This document shows, piece by piece, positions 48,333 through 59,827 of a stretch of DNA of 64,000 nt (its first letter is position 1; each line of letters starts with the position of its first letter). Origin of the DNA: Balanoglossus misakiensis (taxonomy: Eukaryota > Animalia > Hemichordata); assembly GCA_040954595.2 (NCBI GenBank), contig CM082577.2, forward strand, positions 16,065,903 to 16,129,902, read 5' to 3'. The notes beneath the pieces were generated by a model, which was given only the letters and a program-made list of their open reading frames with translations, ran no database searches and had not been told where the DNA came from. A program made the translations under genes and the position numbers.

Positions 48333-48579
48333 TGTAAGGACGCCCAGTTCTTAGAGAAACTGAAATATTTAGCATGCGCATTTTGTTTAGAAACAACCAC
48401 CGCGACGCATCATCCAGTGCCTGTGTTGTATGTTCAGTCATTAAATGTTCGTGTAAAGTTGCGATCAGCGTTTTCTGTGACATCTGACAAGGAATGTTCG
48501 TCGGCGATGGTGAGCTCCAGTTAGTTAACGGCAATGTGAATTCGGGCGCCATTTCAGACGGCACATCGAGGTTACTACA
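48333..48579 (+). repeat. BEL 3' LTR (247 bp; three segments shorter than the 5' LTR)
   Basis: TGTAAGGACGCCC...GGTTACTACA. Confidence 0.92.
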
Positions 48580-50758
48580 ATTGGTATTGTTGCCGATGAA
48601 GCACACAAAACGTACAAATGGTGAGTCAAGTTCTCCTTATGTGTATTTACACAAACCTTATTTTGTCCCGCATTGCTAATGATCAAGGTCTCTTGTTGAA
48701 GTGTTATTGTTATTGACCGTAACGTCAAATGTGGGTCACCCTAAGTAGGCCACTCTGCCTATTCACTGCGTATAGCGTCTTCCTCGTAGCTCAATGAATT
48801 CTCTTTCAGTATTTTTGATTAAAAATAAAATCACATTTACTTATCATAATTATTGTTCTCACATAGGGGTTTTGGCAAAGGGAGAGATGGTGCGTTCAGG
48901 AAAGCCTTTTCTAGATTAGGAGAAATGAGGTCACTGTGTAAGGAAGGTAAGAGAATTGAATTGTGAAATGAATGTCTTATTTCAACCGTCCCAAAAGTTC
49001 TGACACGTTTAGAAAATACCACAAAGAATAGCAAGTGACAACTTTGATAAAAAATGTAACCACTGCAAATTGTTAATATAGTAAGGGGGAGTCCTAAATT
49101 CCTGGTTCTGACAATGGATATGTATACGCCATGCTAGTCCTTTGATTTCCAATTGAAATTTTTATCAAGTTGGTCAGTTTGCTTATAGCTAGAGCTGATA
49201 AATGATCTCCCCTTTACAGTCAATGCTCATATATGGATTTTTTTGTGAACATTTTGTTGTAGGTACACCAGTGTTAGCTGTTACTGCAACTGCAGACCGC
49301 GAAACCAAAGAAATGATTGTGAAGATATTACATTTGTACCAACCTAAATTAGTTGAGGCTAGTCCAGACAGAAGTAATATCCGACTGAGTATTGTTCGGG
49401 TTCCGAATGAAAACTTTGATTGTTTTCAATGGCTGGTAGATGAGCTGAAACAAAACAGTGCTACTACTGCACAGTGCATCATTTATTGCAAGTCTATCAA
49501 ACATGTTGGAATAGTCTACAATCGGTTGAAGATGAGGCTTGGAGACCAATTTTATGCAAATGGTATTAAATCACCTGAAAATAAATTAGTTGGTATTTAC
49601 CATAGCAATACCTTAGAAAAATACAAACAAAGGGTGGTGTCATCATTTCACAATAATGGCATATGTAGAGTTGTTGTTGCCACCACAGCTTTAGGGATGG
49701 GTTTGAATTTCCAAAATGTGAGATACCTAATTAATTACGGTCCACCAATTGGGCTTGACGACCTTATCCAACAAATAGGAAGAGCAGGTAGAGACAACAG
49801 TGATTCTCATGCAATCCTGTATGTACATGGCCAACAGCTGATAAAGTGCGAACAATCTGTCAAAGACTATTGTAGTAGCAAATCCTGTCTAAGGGCAGCT
49901 TTGTTATCAAATTTAGAATCTCCAAAGTCATCAGTCGTGCCACTACATAGGTGTTGTACCTTCTGTCAGCAGTTGTGTAATTGTTCAGAAAACTGCCCAA
50001 GGGATATCCCAATATTTGAGTCCACACAAATCAAAAGTGACAATAAGCCATCACTTCAGAGAAGTGTTACAGCTGAACAGAAGGCACTACTGAGGGAAAT
50101 CATGCATGATTATCAGGAAAGTCTGCATCAAGGGAAGACATTCACCCCTGTAGAAGCTGCTACTGGGTTCAATGACAAACTTGTAGGACTGATAGTAGAA
50201 AACTGTGACAGAATGTTTTGCATTGATGATATCACAGCACTTGTGCCAGTTTTCAGTTTAAGGCATGCTCGACAAATCCTAATTATAATAAATGACATAT
50301 TTGAGGATGTTGAAAAACTTGATGAATTATTGCAAGTCCTAGATACTGATGACATGGAGGAAATTGATTTCAATTTTACTGGGTATTATGACACTGATAG
50401 TGATGATTGGGATCAGGATAGTGAACAAACAGATGATGACACTATATCATAGAAAAACAATTGGTCACATTATTCATTCATTGCATTTTTGATTTAGTTT
50501 CATACATAACAGTAATTCTGAAAAAAAAAATCACAAAAACATCTGCCAGGGGGTAATTACAGGAAAATTAAGCTATGTAATTATCACTTTTACAAATGAC
50601 AATAAAATTACTTCCTATTAATCATACAAGAGACTCGGTTGCCATTTCACTCAAATGTGGGTTAAGTTTGATACTGAAAGACATACACACAGATATGCAG
50701 ACTTTTTTCATTTCATACAATGCCATATATAACCTTAAACGGTTGGATAAAGACTCGA

Positions 50759-51724
50759 CTAGCCTTGCTCCTCATAAACAGCATGCCAGAATTTAACTTT
50801 ATCTTTTATCCATTTCCATAGACTGCCATAATTTATATTTGACAACAAGTTTCGTTTGAAATTCTTAAATGTTGTCAACGTGCGCCCTGGTGTGACCTTA
50901 ATTGCCCCTATTCTGGTTATCTCATTTACCAAGTGTATTACATCAGATTGTAATGCAGCAGTGTTATGGTGACCCCCTGTACTGGCCATCTCAACATCTT
51001 CATCAAAGTTTGCTAGGGTAGCTTCCATGAAGGCAAGACTTCGGCTGATCCTACTGGCTGATTCTTCATTAAGATTTGGCCCTAACCCTTTCAAGAATGA
51101 CTTCAAGAAGATATTCATATGCTCTAATCTTAAATCTAGTGATATGTTTCTACCCCTCTTTCCTCTGAGATTGAAAAATCTATTCCACATCATTCCCGCT
51201 GGTAGCAAACAATTCAGCTGGACAAAGGTTAAAAGAATTATGTAAGCATACATGGTATTTTGTGTGACCGTGAGCTTTGTAATACAAAAGTGCTACTTTA
51301 TAGCAACGAAAAAGACGTTCCCCATCTCCCTCTCGGATCGAATCATGCATATTGCGCAACAACAGACCAAAACTTAATCTTCCCAAGGAATAATTGTACA
51401 AATCATCATCTATTTTGCAGTCCCTTTGTATCCCAGAGGTATGCTGATTAGAAGCTGTAGTGTCAATTTCTAAATTGTGTTGATTTCTTTCATGATTAAC
51501 TCGTACTTTATTGTACACATATGACTTCTCACAGCCAGGGAATCTACAGTTGTACTTAACGTTGGTTTCAGCCTCCTTTGCATTGACGCCAGCTACAATA
51601 CTGCTCAATACACCTGACTCTTCATTCATGATGTAGTCATTGACTATTTCAATGGCTTTACCATGTAGCCAATCCCTGCGGACGTGTTGATTTGCGCAAC
51701 TGACCAGGGGAGGGATAGGATTAT
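50759..51724 (-). pseudogene. DUF6589/Academ-like transposase A, 3' exon only, with one frameshift
   Basis: C2H2 finger, then DDLYNYS...DSIREGDGERL...TKY/AY...WNRFFN.RG..GRNISLDLRLEHMN. Convergent with the helicase. Confidence 0.75.
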
Positions 51725-51984
51725 CTAAAAAGGAAACAAAATAGTATTGGAACACATAGAAAAGAGAAATTATAACATGTCAATGCTATAAAATTGTTAA
51801 TGACATGAAACAGTTCAAACAACCACATTGGTATATGTGTTTAATCATGTTACAAGGTACAATATTTCACTCTATTTAAATGTCATATGAAATAAATTCA
51901 CCCTTTATGCCAAGGGTTCCATATTGGATGTCTCAAATCACATTCATCAATTACAGTTAGCACTTGAACGCCTCTGTAGGGATG

Positions 51985-52685
51985 CAGGGCTCGAAATTAG
52001 CGGTAGTCCCGCGTCCACAGACTACCAACTTTTCCCTGGGGCTACCAAAATCTGCGTAATGGTAGCCCCCGCGGACTACCAAAACTTTGCGTGTGCGATC
52101 GACGCGATGTTGATCGCTTTGACCTGATCAACGCTCACACGCGTACACGGCCCGATCAAACCAGCACTGTACAGCGAGACTGTGACATTGTTATGCAAAT
52201 TAAAATCCACAGTGCGTGCAGGAGAATGTTTGATACAAACTTTCAATAAAAGTATCAATATCTGAACTGACTAATAACTGTAGTCTATTTTTAGTCTTGT
52301 TATGTCTCCTCCCCTGCTGAACACTGTGGTCGTTGTCATGGCGAATGTAAAAATTTGCATATAACCTCTGCGTATTAATAGGTCATCAAACTTTTGGGTG
52401 TCGCCCTTGTCTGGACATGTACATGCTATTCTTATACAGGGTATGATCTGCATGCAGCCAGCCAGGTACTAGAAAAAAAAATTCATGAGCACAAGTCAAT
52501 CATGAAAAAAAAATATTTTTATTTTTTTCTTATGAGATTGATGAAAAAAATATCCTTCACAGAAAAAAAATATCACTCTTCATTGAAAAGGTGTGCGGGC
52601 TACCAGACCTTGTCACGGGGCTACCAACTTCAGAAAATGGTAGCCCAAGTGGACTACCAGTGAAAAAAGTTAATTTCGAGCCCTG
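51985..52685. mobile_element. hAT-like MITE
   Basis: Perfect 15-bp TIR CAGGGCTCGAAATTA, repeated GGTAG/CTACC subterminal motifs, flanked by GGATG on both sides. Confidence 0.85.
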
Positions 52686-52862
52686 GGATGGATCATCACT
52701 GCTAGAGCAGGAACCTGTTTTTAATGTTGAGGTAATTCCACTTGTAAAGGATGAAATCTATGCAAGTCTGTTCAGTGATACGGATGAAGAAATGCATGCG
52801 TTAAATCTAATTAACTTCCTTCCTTTCACTCCTGTACAGTAAACAAATAAACCCAACGTACC

Positions 52863-53090
52863 ATGGCTGATATATCAATAAAGTTCAAGATACTGGAGGA
52901 ACCAGAACCCAGAATGTCAGCAACGGGAACATTCCACACCGTAATGGCCCTCGACAACCACGGAACTATACGCGAAATCAAAATTTGGAAGGAGTCATGC
53001 GTACCGAAAATCAAAAAAGGAGTTTACATCGAACTACGCCACTTTGGCACATGCCATGATGGTGGGATATCCATCAACAGAAACACAAAG
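52863..53090 (+). CDS. First exon of a small OB-fold-like protein
   Basis: ACCATGG start, ISIKFKILEE...ALDNHGTIREIKIW...KIKKGVYIELRHF...ISINRNTK, and a GTGAGT donor at 53091. Downstream exons not found. Confidence 0.4.
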
Positions 53091-54003
53091 GTGAGTAGAT
53101 GAGGATTGTGCGGAAACAGTGACACACCAGAATAAAAATTACATGTGACATTGCAAGCAGATATGATCTTATGATATAGAAATATGGAATGTAAAAAAAT
53201 TAACAAAGAACATGCTCAATAAACTGTCATGTGTCATGTCAGTCTTACAAGTGGTGCGAGAAAAATTATTTTTTGACAAAAAATTGTCTGTACAAACACG
53301 TATGAGAAGCAATTTCTTTCAGTCAGCCCTGGAACAGACAGACAGACACACACACACACACTAACCTGCCACTGGTAATTAACAATTTAATAGCCGGTGG
53401 TCTCTGTAACAGCTGGCCTATTAAAGTTATGTAAACATGTCTAAGTTGGGGGTCACAACTCCTTGTAAACAGTAACTTTCAAAACACAGCTAGAAAATTG
53501 GTTTAGGAGAAGATTTGCTAACCAAAAACAAAGAAACTTACAAAAAAACTCGCTAAATATTGAATATTTCTGATATCAGAATTGAATAAATGTTGCACAT
53601 ATACAAGGAACATGCCTGCAAAAGGTCAATGCAATATGACAAGCGGTTTCAGAGAAAACAATTTTTGACAAAAATTGCAAAAGTTTCCCCGATAACACAT
53701 TTATGAAAATATCACATTTTTTTTACAACATTAAGATTGTCAAGTTTTTTATCCTAAAAGGACCACCTCTATAATTTATTAACTCTGGTGTCGACAGTAG
53801 AACTAGGGCCTAATTATATGGCCTAAAACATTAACGTCGAATGCAATCGAAAGTCAACAAAGTATTGAGCTATACCGTTACCCCTTGAATAGATTCACGT
53901 GGACAGCAGTTAATTTGCCACATTTTTAGACAAATGAGCGAAATTCACTTTTCAGCTAACCACGTTTGAAATATTTATGCACCCGCTCAGCATTAGGCTA
54001 TTG

Positions 54004-54250
54004 AACACCTATTGCCTGGCCATGAGGGCAATAGCAGCCGTTTATTACACCCGAGGGGCTGTGAGTTACCAGAATCATATGCTATTTCCTGAGGGTCGAG
54101 GGAAATAGCATATGATTCTGGTAACTCACAGCCACGAGGGGGTAAAAACGGCTGCTATGGCCCAAATATAGGCCAGGCTATAGGTGTTTAATAATAAACT
54201 TCATGCTAACAGTTGGGAAAATCTTGCAATTTTCTGTTGAGGTTGGCAGA
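54004..54250 (+). repeat. Hairpin family 3 (185-bp hairpin 54004-54188 plus flank)
   Basis: AACACCTATTGCCTGGCC...GGCCAGGCTATAGGTGTT with a long perfect core GCTGTGAGTTACCAGAATCATATGCTATTTCC. Homologous to 20170-20213 and 22126-22276. Confidence 0.88.
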
Positions 54251-55558
54251 TGGACAATGAAATTTACTGATCTTGTTGTAATTTTGGATGATCTTCTCAG
54301 TTGTATCCAAACTACAAGATACACGGTCAAGGTTTCGTTGAGTTATCTCCCCCCTGTAACTTTTGACATCATTCTTGAAAGCTTTGTTGTCATGTTCAAC
54401 ATCAAGATCCATGGGATGATTGGTATTCATAAGCCCTTTATGATTAACAAATCGATTCCAAGTTAATTGATAGGCTTTCCTCGGACTTAGCCAGCACATC
54501 GTTTGAGCAAGTAGTTCTAAAGTTGCATATGCATATTTAGGACACCCAGATACCTTGTAGAACAGGTTGAAATATTTATACAGACGGATCACTCTGGCCC
54601 CATCTCCCATATGAATAGCATCATCATGGTTTTTGTGAAGAAGACATAACAACAGAGAAGTGTGAGTGAAGTTTAGAATCTGATCTTGTGCGTCACAGAT
54701 AACTGGCGCGTTAATAGCATCTGCACCACTTTCCTGGTGATTTTGCTCATGCCTCTTCAAGACAGCAGGCTGCGGAAATTCTTTGGCACAGTAACAGCAT
54801 CGCTTTGTCACTACAGGCAACTCTGGAACCTTATTTGTGACATATTTGTCCACAAACTTTCCGGCTTCACTCAGATTGTAGTCTTTTGCATCACTTTCTG
54901 AGTCCAGGTTACCTAAAAAGAACAATACAAAAAAAAAAATACAAAAAACATATCTATAGTCAGTTTGTCTGTGAAATCTGTCATTGGGGTCTGCAGATTG
55001 TTAGATTTATCTTGGAGGAATGAGGGGTTCAGACAAATCAATTCAAAAAAGAATGCAGCGACCCCTATGTTTTATTTGACCAAATGAATTTATATTTACT
55101 GGACTGAGCTTTATGTTTTCCAAACAGCCAAGACTCAGCAAAGCTAAAGATGGTGCCCAACGCTACATCTGATTTTAATCAGACTGAGGTTAAAGTAAAC
55201 AAACTCATATACATATCTGAAATCTAGATGACAAATCATTACCTTCAAATTAATTTCTTGTTGGTTCTGAATGAACGTCTTCCATTCCAAAATGATGCAA
55301 TGCCCCTGATACCAAATAAGCATCAGTATACTTATCAAGAAGTTCAGCTGAGGCGTAGAAGTTATTGGCTGGTACAGTTGTGCATTAATTGCATTCCGAG
55401 CAGCATACAACGTTACTATATTGCGGCCTGATGCAGGAGAATACAGAAATTTCCAGATAACCTGAAATATGTAAGAAATAATGAAAGGTATGTATTTTGA
55501 TAAATGTGACAGATTAATCTAGCTGACAGCTGAAAAATGCCTCATCTCAGTGTCAAAC

Positions 55559-55627
55559 TAGTCTGGTATCCAGACCCCTCTATGTGTGAGTCTGTCTAAA
55601 GCACTGTGGGGTGTGGATACCAGACTG
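55559..55627. mobile_element. 69-bp Academ-like MITE
   Basis: TIR TAGTCTGGTATCCAGACCCC (18/20 match) with 9-bp flanking duplication GTGTCAAAC/GTGTCACAC. Confidence 0.7.
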
Positions 55628-56892
55628 GTGTCACACATAAATGTTGTTGTGGTTTAGTTAAAGACTGAACTGAAATATAAGGAATACATTGAGAAATGTG
55701 TAAGATATTTTGAGGTTGACAAATTTTGGGTAGTTGTAACCCATGTTCTACCCATGCTTTTGAGTGTTATACATACATGCACACATGTAAATACCTTTTG
55801 CCATTCTGCTTGAACATGAAAATCTTCAATCTTTGGAATTAATCCCTCAAGCCTTTTGCTTGGTGTACGGCCATCTACTTTTGCTGACTGGGCCTCTTTG
55901 TGTCTCTCAAATGTCAAGTAGTCTCCTCCACCGAGTATCTTGACAGGTGCTGTTGTACTGTCTGCAGATTCGGTGTGATTTGGTACATACTTGTGAAGAC
56001 ACTGCACAATATCTATCATATCATCCCCACACTGCTAATTTTTCTGAAGGACTCCAAGGAGCACCTGCATTATAAAATATGCTGGAATATCAATATGTAA
56101 ATTTTGTCTAAGAAAATTTGAGCAAGATCCTTAAAGTGGATTTAATTACAAAAGATGTACTACACCCCCCCCCCCCCCCATGTGACTCCCATGCTTTTAA
56201 GATCAATAATGTAATTATTAGAAGGTCATTCTCTCCTGCTGTTTTAGATCATTTATTTGTCTGGAAAAATTACCTTTTCTGTTTTCTTCTCAACTTTGTC
56301 AGAGAATATGCCAAGTGCAGGGATGTGTCTCCCCCATATCCATACAACAATAATTGCCAACTCATTAGCAAGTATTTCATTGTCGTTGACATCAGTGAGA
56401 AACTTCATCAGTTCCATTTTGGAGATATCCCCTTGTGGTTTCTCATCAGACAGATGGTTCCCTGACACAAGATTCTTATATGCGACCATGTTGAAAAAGT
56501 GGTAGTCCTTGTTGCGATTGGACTGTGTCATCTGCCTCACTTTCATCCATAGATCCACATTATCACCTGTAAAGGAGTAACCAGGATGCAGAGTATCTCT
56601 GCACACCTTGAGTTTTTCTTTTATCTGTGCGATTCGCAATTTTGTGTCTGGTACCAGCCTTTCATCTAACTCAGCATCAGCAAGCATTCCTAACAGCTTC
56701 GTTTCTCTCTCATAACCTTCTTCTATTGCCCTTTTCCAGGAAAGAAGAGGCTGGTCAAAACCATGGCGTTAGCACAGTCATAACTCATTACCATGGACTG
56801 ACCAGCCAGACGATCGATACTGACTCTCTTAGCACCACCTTTCTTCATAATAATGGTGTTTAGTCGTTTAACAGTACACATATCTCTGTTAA

Positions 56893-57858
56893 AGGTCCCA
56901 TGTCATGCTTTGGAAAGTTTTCATTTTTCCACGTCAAAAGCTCACCTAGGGTACCTGTCTATGCATTGCCTATTGTGTCGGTTCCGAAAAATGTGCGCGA
57001 ATGCAGGAATTTGCCCCCTTTTTTCATGCCTGTGATCAGGGAGCCACTTCGCACTCGAGCCAGGCAAAGGTATTTGCATATGGACAAACAAGTACACTAC
57101 GTCCTAGTGTACCATTCTGCTAACAGTAAGGTGTAATTAGCGGTCCATGCGTTATTAAGTCCACAGACAAAGACAAGCTATATAAACAGTGTTCGCAGAC
57201 GCAAAATAAACACTTGTAAGGAAGCCAATTGTCGGACTGGGTACAGCGTTGCTTTTCAACTTGGGTCGACGTTTGTAGCCATACTGATCGGCTACAAAAG
57301 CGCGAGCTAGAGTAAGAACGTCGTTCTGCTTTCCGCGATGGAATGACTCTTCCGGAAAGTTTTCGCTGCAAACAACGCTGTACGGCTTTGGACCATCCCA
57401 ATCGGGCCGAGTCTGTTCGACTGCCTCTGACCACTGAGATCGTTGAGAAACATTTGATGGAAAACTATAAAGTGAGACATCGGAACTGCCTTTGTTGGCG
57501 CAACCTCCAAAAGAACAACGTCTTACCATGGTGTCATGACCGTAGTAGGAGATTGAATGAGAAGTTGCCCTAAGTGTACACGGTCAAAGCAAAGGAAGCC
57601 CTTGTTTCACATTACGGGCAGAGGATTTGCGAAGGTGTGAAAGACTATTTGTCCACATCAAGATAAGCCTTCGACTGAACTTCGAAAAGCAGAAAAACTC
57701 GACTGAGTTGGGTTAGGGGTACACGCCCACCCGTCACTTTTACATGCTTGTTATCTAAGCACAAGGGGCAAAACGCATTGCAAGATAGTAACATACGTTA
57801 ACTTCAAGACCCAAATAGTGATTTTACGCGTGGTTGTATAGGGCATGGCATGGGACCT
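56893..57858 (-). mobile_element. Kolobok-type non-autonomous element carrying a THAP domain
   Basis: TTAA on both sides and TIR AGGTCCCATG(T/C)CATGC. Removing it rejoins transposase B (LISVFN/RDMC). Confidence 0.88.
57155..57529 (-). CDS. Stand-alone THAP zinc-finger ORF
   Basis: MVRRCSFGGCAN...YSFP...W...VCSENF...F...LKSNAVPS. The zinc-liganding His appears replaced by Asn. Confidence 0.75.
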   Translation of the reverse strand: MVRRCSFGGCANKGSSDVSLYSFPSNVSQRSQWSEAVEQTRPDWDGPKPYSVVCSENFPEESFHRGKQNDVLTLARAFVADQYGYKRRPKLKSNAVPSPTIGFLTSVYFASANTVYIACLCLWT

Positions 57859-58808
57859 TTAAACACAGATATAAGTTGTGATACAGCAGATGAGGTACAA
57901 GTGCCACACCCCTCTTTTGCTTGTTTCTTGTCTGGGATCTATTGTTAATATATCCATGAAATATTGGTGCATGTTCCTGTAGTTCCACCATGGCTGCTTC
58001 CCAATTAACATTTACATGGCATTCTGAACCTATACAAAAATAGAGAAATTATGCTGAATAAACACTTGATACGGGATGAAGATCCTAAGAGCATTATTAG
58101 AACATAATAACAAATCAAGGTCACACACTTGGAAATATCAACATAGCCTGCATGTACTGATTACATGTGACAAATGAATTCAAATCAAGATTACACTTCA
58201 ACTGTCAACAATTACATAGTGATTGCAAACATACCATGCTTTTTGGTGTTAACCAAGAAAATGTACTTGTAACAAGGAATAAAACAATAGTGACAAAAAT
58301 AGCTAAACATTTCTGATACTGCATCTCTGTTTTTTGTATCCGTTTATGATAGTTTTACAATCATTATTGGTACCTGTGTAGCGAAAATTTGATGGGTGAC
58401 CAGATGAACAAATCTGACTGACTTCTCTAGTGATTGTTCGATAAACTTCTGTCATAATCCCTTCTTTCAATGGAGCTATGCTTAATAGTTCCCTGCTTAC
58501 ACTCTCATTTGATGTCAAGACCAATTTCTTGATAAGGTTTTGCAGATTGATATCTATAGTGAAAGTTCTTACTCCAGAATTGGGAAACTTGAGAGAAACC
58601 TAAAAATTAAATATATGTGAATGTCAACATATTTATGCATTATTATACATCCGTACATACAAGCTGTACGGAATGGTACGTACGGAACGCGTGTTAAATA
58701 CGCCTAATGTTTCAAGGTGCCCCAACTCACTGTGTACAGTTATGCGCTGTTATGCGGATGGTTTCAAGACACCCCCACTCCAACGCGCGTAAACAAAAAA
58801 GAAAGATG

Positions 58809-59589
58809 CCCTTATGAAAATATAGGCCTTGCCGCGATATATTGCAGCAGCTCTTCAGCAGGTTTGCTGCAGCTCTACAGCAGGTAGACGCAGCAGAGCC
58901 GATTTTTCGCATGAAAATTAGGTGATTCTGCAGAGCTGCCGCAGAGACTGCCGCATCCTTGCCGCATCCAGTACATACGCTACAGAAATGCTGCAGCCCT
59001 GCTGCACTGACAGCTCTGCAATAGGTTTGCTGCAGCTCTCCAGCAGTGGAGATGATCAGTGTCTTCTGCTGTACCTCCGTGTTGGCTTCTGGTACATCCA
59101 AAAGCATTAAATGAAAGGCAGTCCACCTGAACATACTCATGACCTGGCAGCTAGCTGGAGACACTTGTAGTTTGAAGCTTGCAAGTTTAGAAAATGGCGG
59201 CAAAATGACTTTGGCCAATTACTAGCTTTGTTTCACATCACCTGATATCAATTAAGGTCAACCAAAGTTGGAGATCATAAAAAAGGATAATTATTGTGTC
59301 CCTGCTGCATGGATTTGTACTTTGCGAATTATTCTTGCATCATTTCTGCATAGAGAAAAGCCTTGCATCTTTGCGGCTACTTTGCGGCAAGCTCTTGTGT
59401 CCTTATTGCAGGGATTACCACCTCTACTGCAGAGCCACATTTAGTTGCGACCTGCCGCATTGCCTCTGCTGCAGAGACACTCTCTGCGAGAACACCACAG
59501 CGTGTCTGCAAGAGCACCACAATGCCTTCACAGCAGAACTGCTGCAGAGCTGCTGTGGAGCTGCTGCTTTGTGGGCATTTTTGTAAGGG
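58809..59589. mobile_element. CMC/EnSpm-like MITE with CTGC/GCAG subterminal repeats
   Basis: Termini CCCTTATGAAAAT / ATTTTTGTAAGGG with a 2-bp TG duplication. Confidence 0.75.
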
Positions 59590-59698
59590 TGGCTGCTCAC
59601 TGAGTCAACTGAGCGGTTTTCGATCGCTTGTATGGCGTTTTGAAAGCCAAGTAACATGCAACACAAGAACTAACAGAGATGTAAGATGTATAATAATA

Positions 59699-59827
59699 AG
59701 GTTATTACAAAAATACCGCAAAGTATGCACTCAGACAATAGCGCACGGCATTGCCCTCCGCTACGCGTCGGGCGATACATGACGCTAATGTCCTCTTGCA
59801 TACTTTGCCGTATTTTCGTAATAACCT
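59699..59827 (-). repeat. Hairpin family 4
   Basis: AGGTTATTACAAAAATACCGCAAAGTATGCA...TGCATACTTTGCCGTATTTTCGTAATAACCT. The apex on the minus strand is GCCC-GA-CGC-GTA-GCG-GA-GGGC. Confidence 0.85.

Larger units (their letters stand above)
35447..48579 (+). mobile_element. BEL/Pao LTR retrotransposon, full length but decayed
   Basis: TG...CA LTRs at 35447-35834 and 48333-48579, polypurine tract GGGGGCTGG before the 3' LTR, and 5-bp target duplication ATAGG/ATTGG. Confidence 0.95.
34980..50452 (+). pseudogene. RecQ-like SF2 helicase (AcademH-type), interrupted by the BEL element
   Basis: Exon pieces: 34980-35446 (LPTGFGKS; SPLNALIKDQ), 48585-48620 (IVADEAH), 48867-48946 (FRKAFSRLGEMRS) and 49263-50452 (TATA; ATTALGMGLN; QQIGRAGRD; CLR...CC-x2-C). 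GT-AG introns are in phase. Confidence 0.92.
54251..58599 (-). pseudogene. DUF6589/Academ-like transposase B, multi-exon, decayed and 3'-truncated
   Basis: Exons near 58599-58374, 58029-56253 (split by a Kolobok element), 56066-55795, 55462-55331 and 54913-54251. Motifs GDNVD, GGGDYLTFER, EDFH, GDGARV, KYAY, WNRFVN, MDLDVEHDN. Confidence 0.8.

Noticed and set aside
34980-50452. Host RECQL/BLM/WRN gene
   Set aside because: Compact, lacks extra host domains, and is paired with a transposase-like gene in a transposon cluster, so no gene symbol is assigned.
54206-54250. Native C-terminus of transposase B (ANLNRKLQDFPNC)
   Set aside because: This DNA is homologous to 22230-22276, so it is repeat flank fused onto a truncated gene.
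58727-59782. Cys/Ala-rich ORFs on both strands
   Set aside because: By-products of CTGC/GCAG repeats in a MITE.
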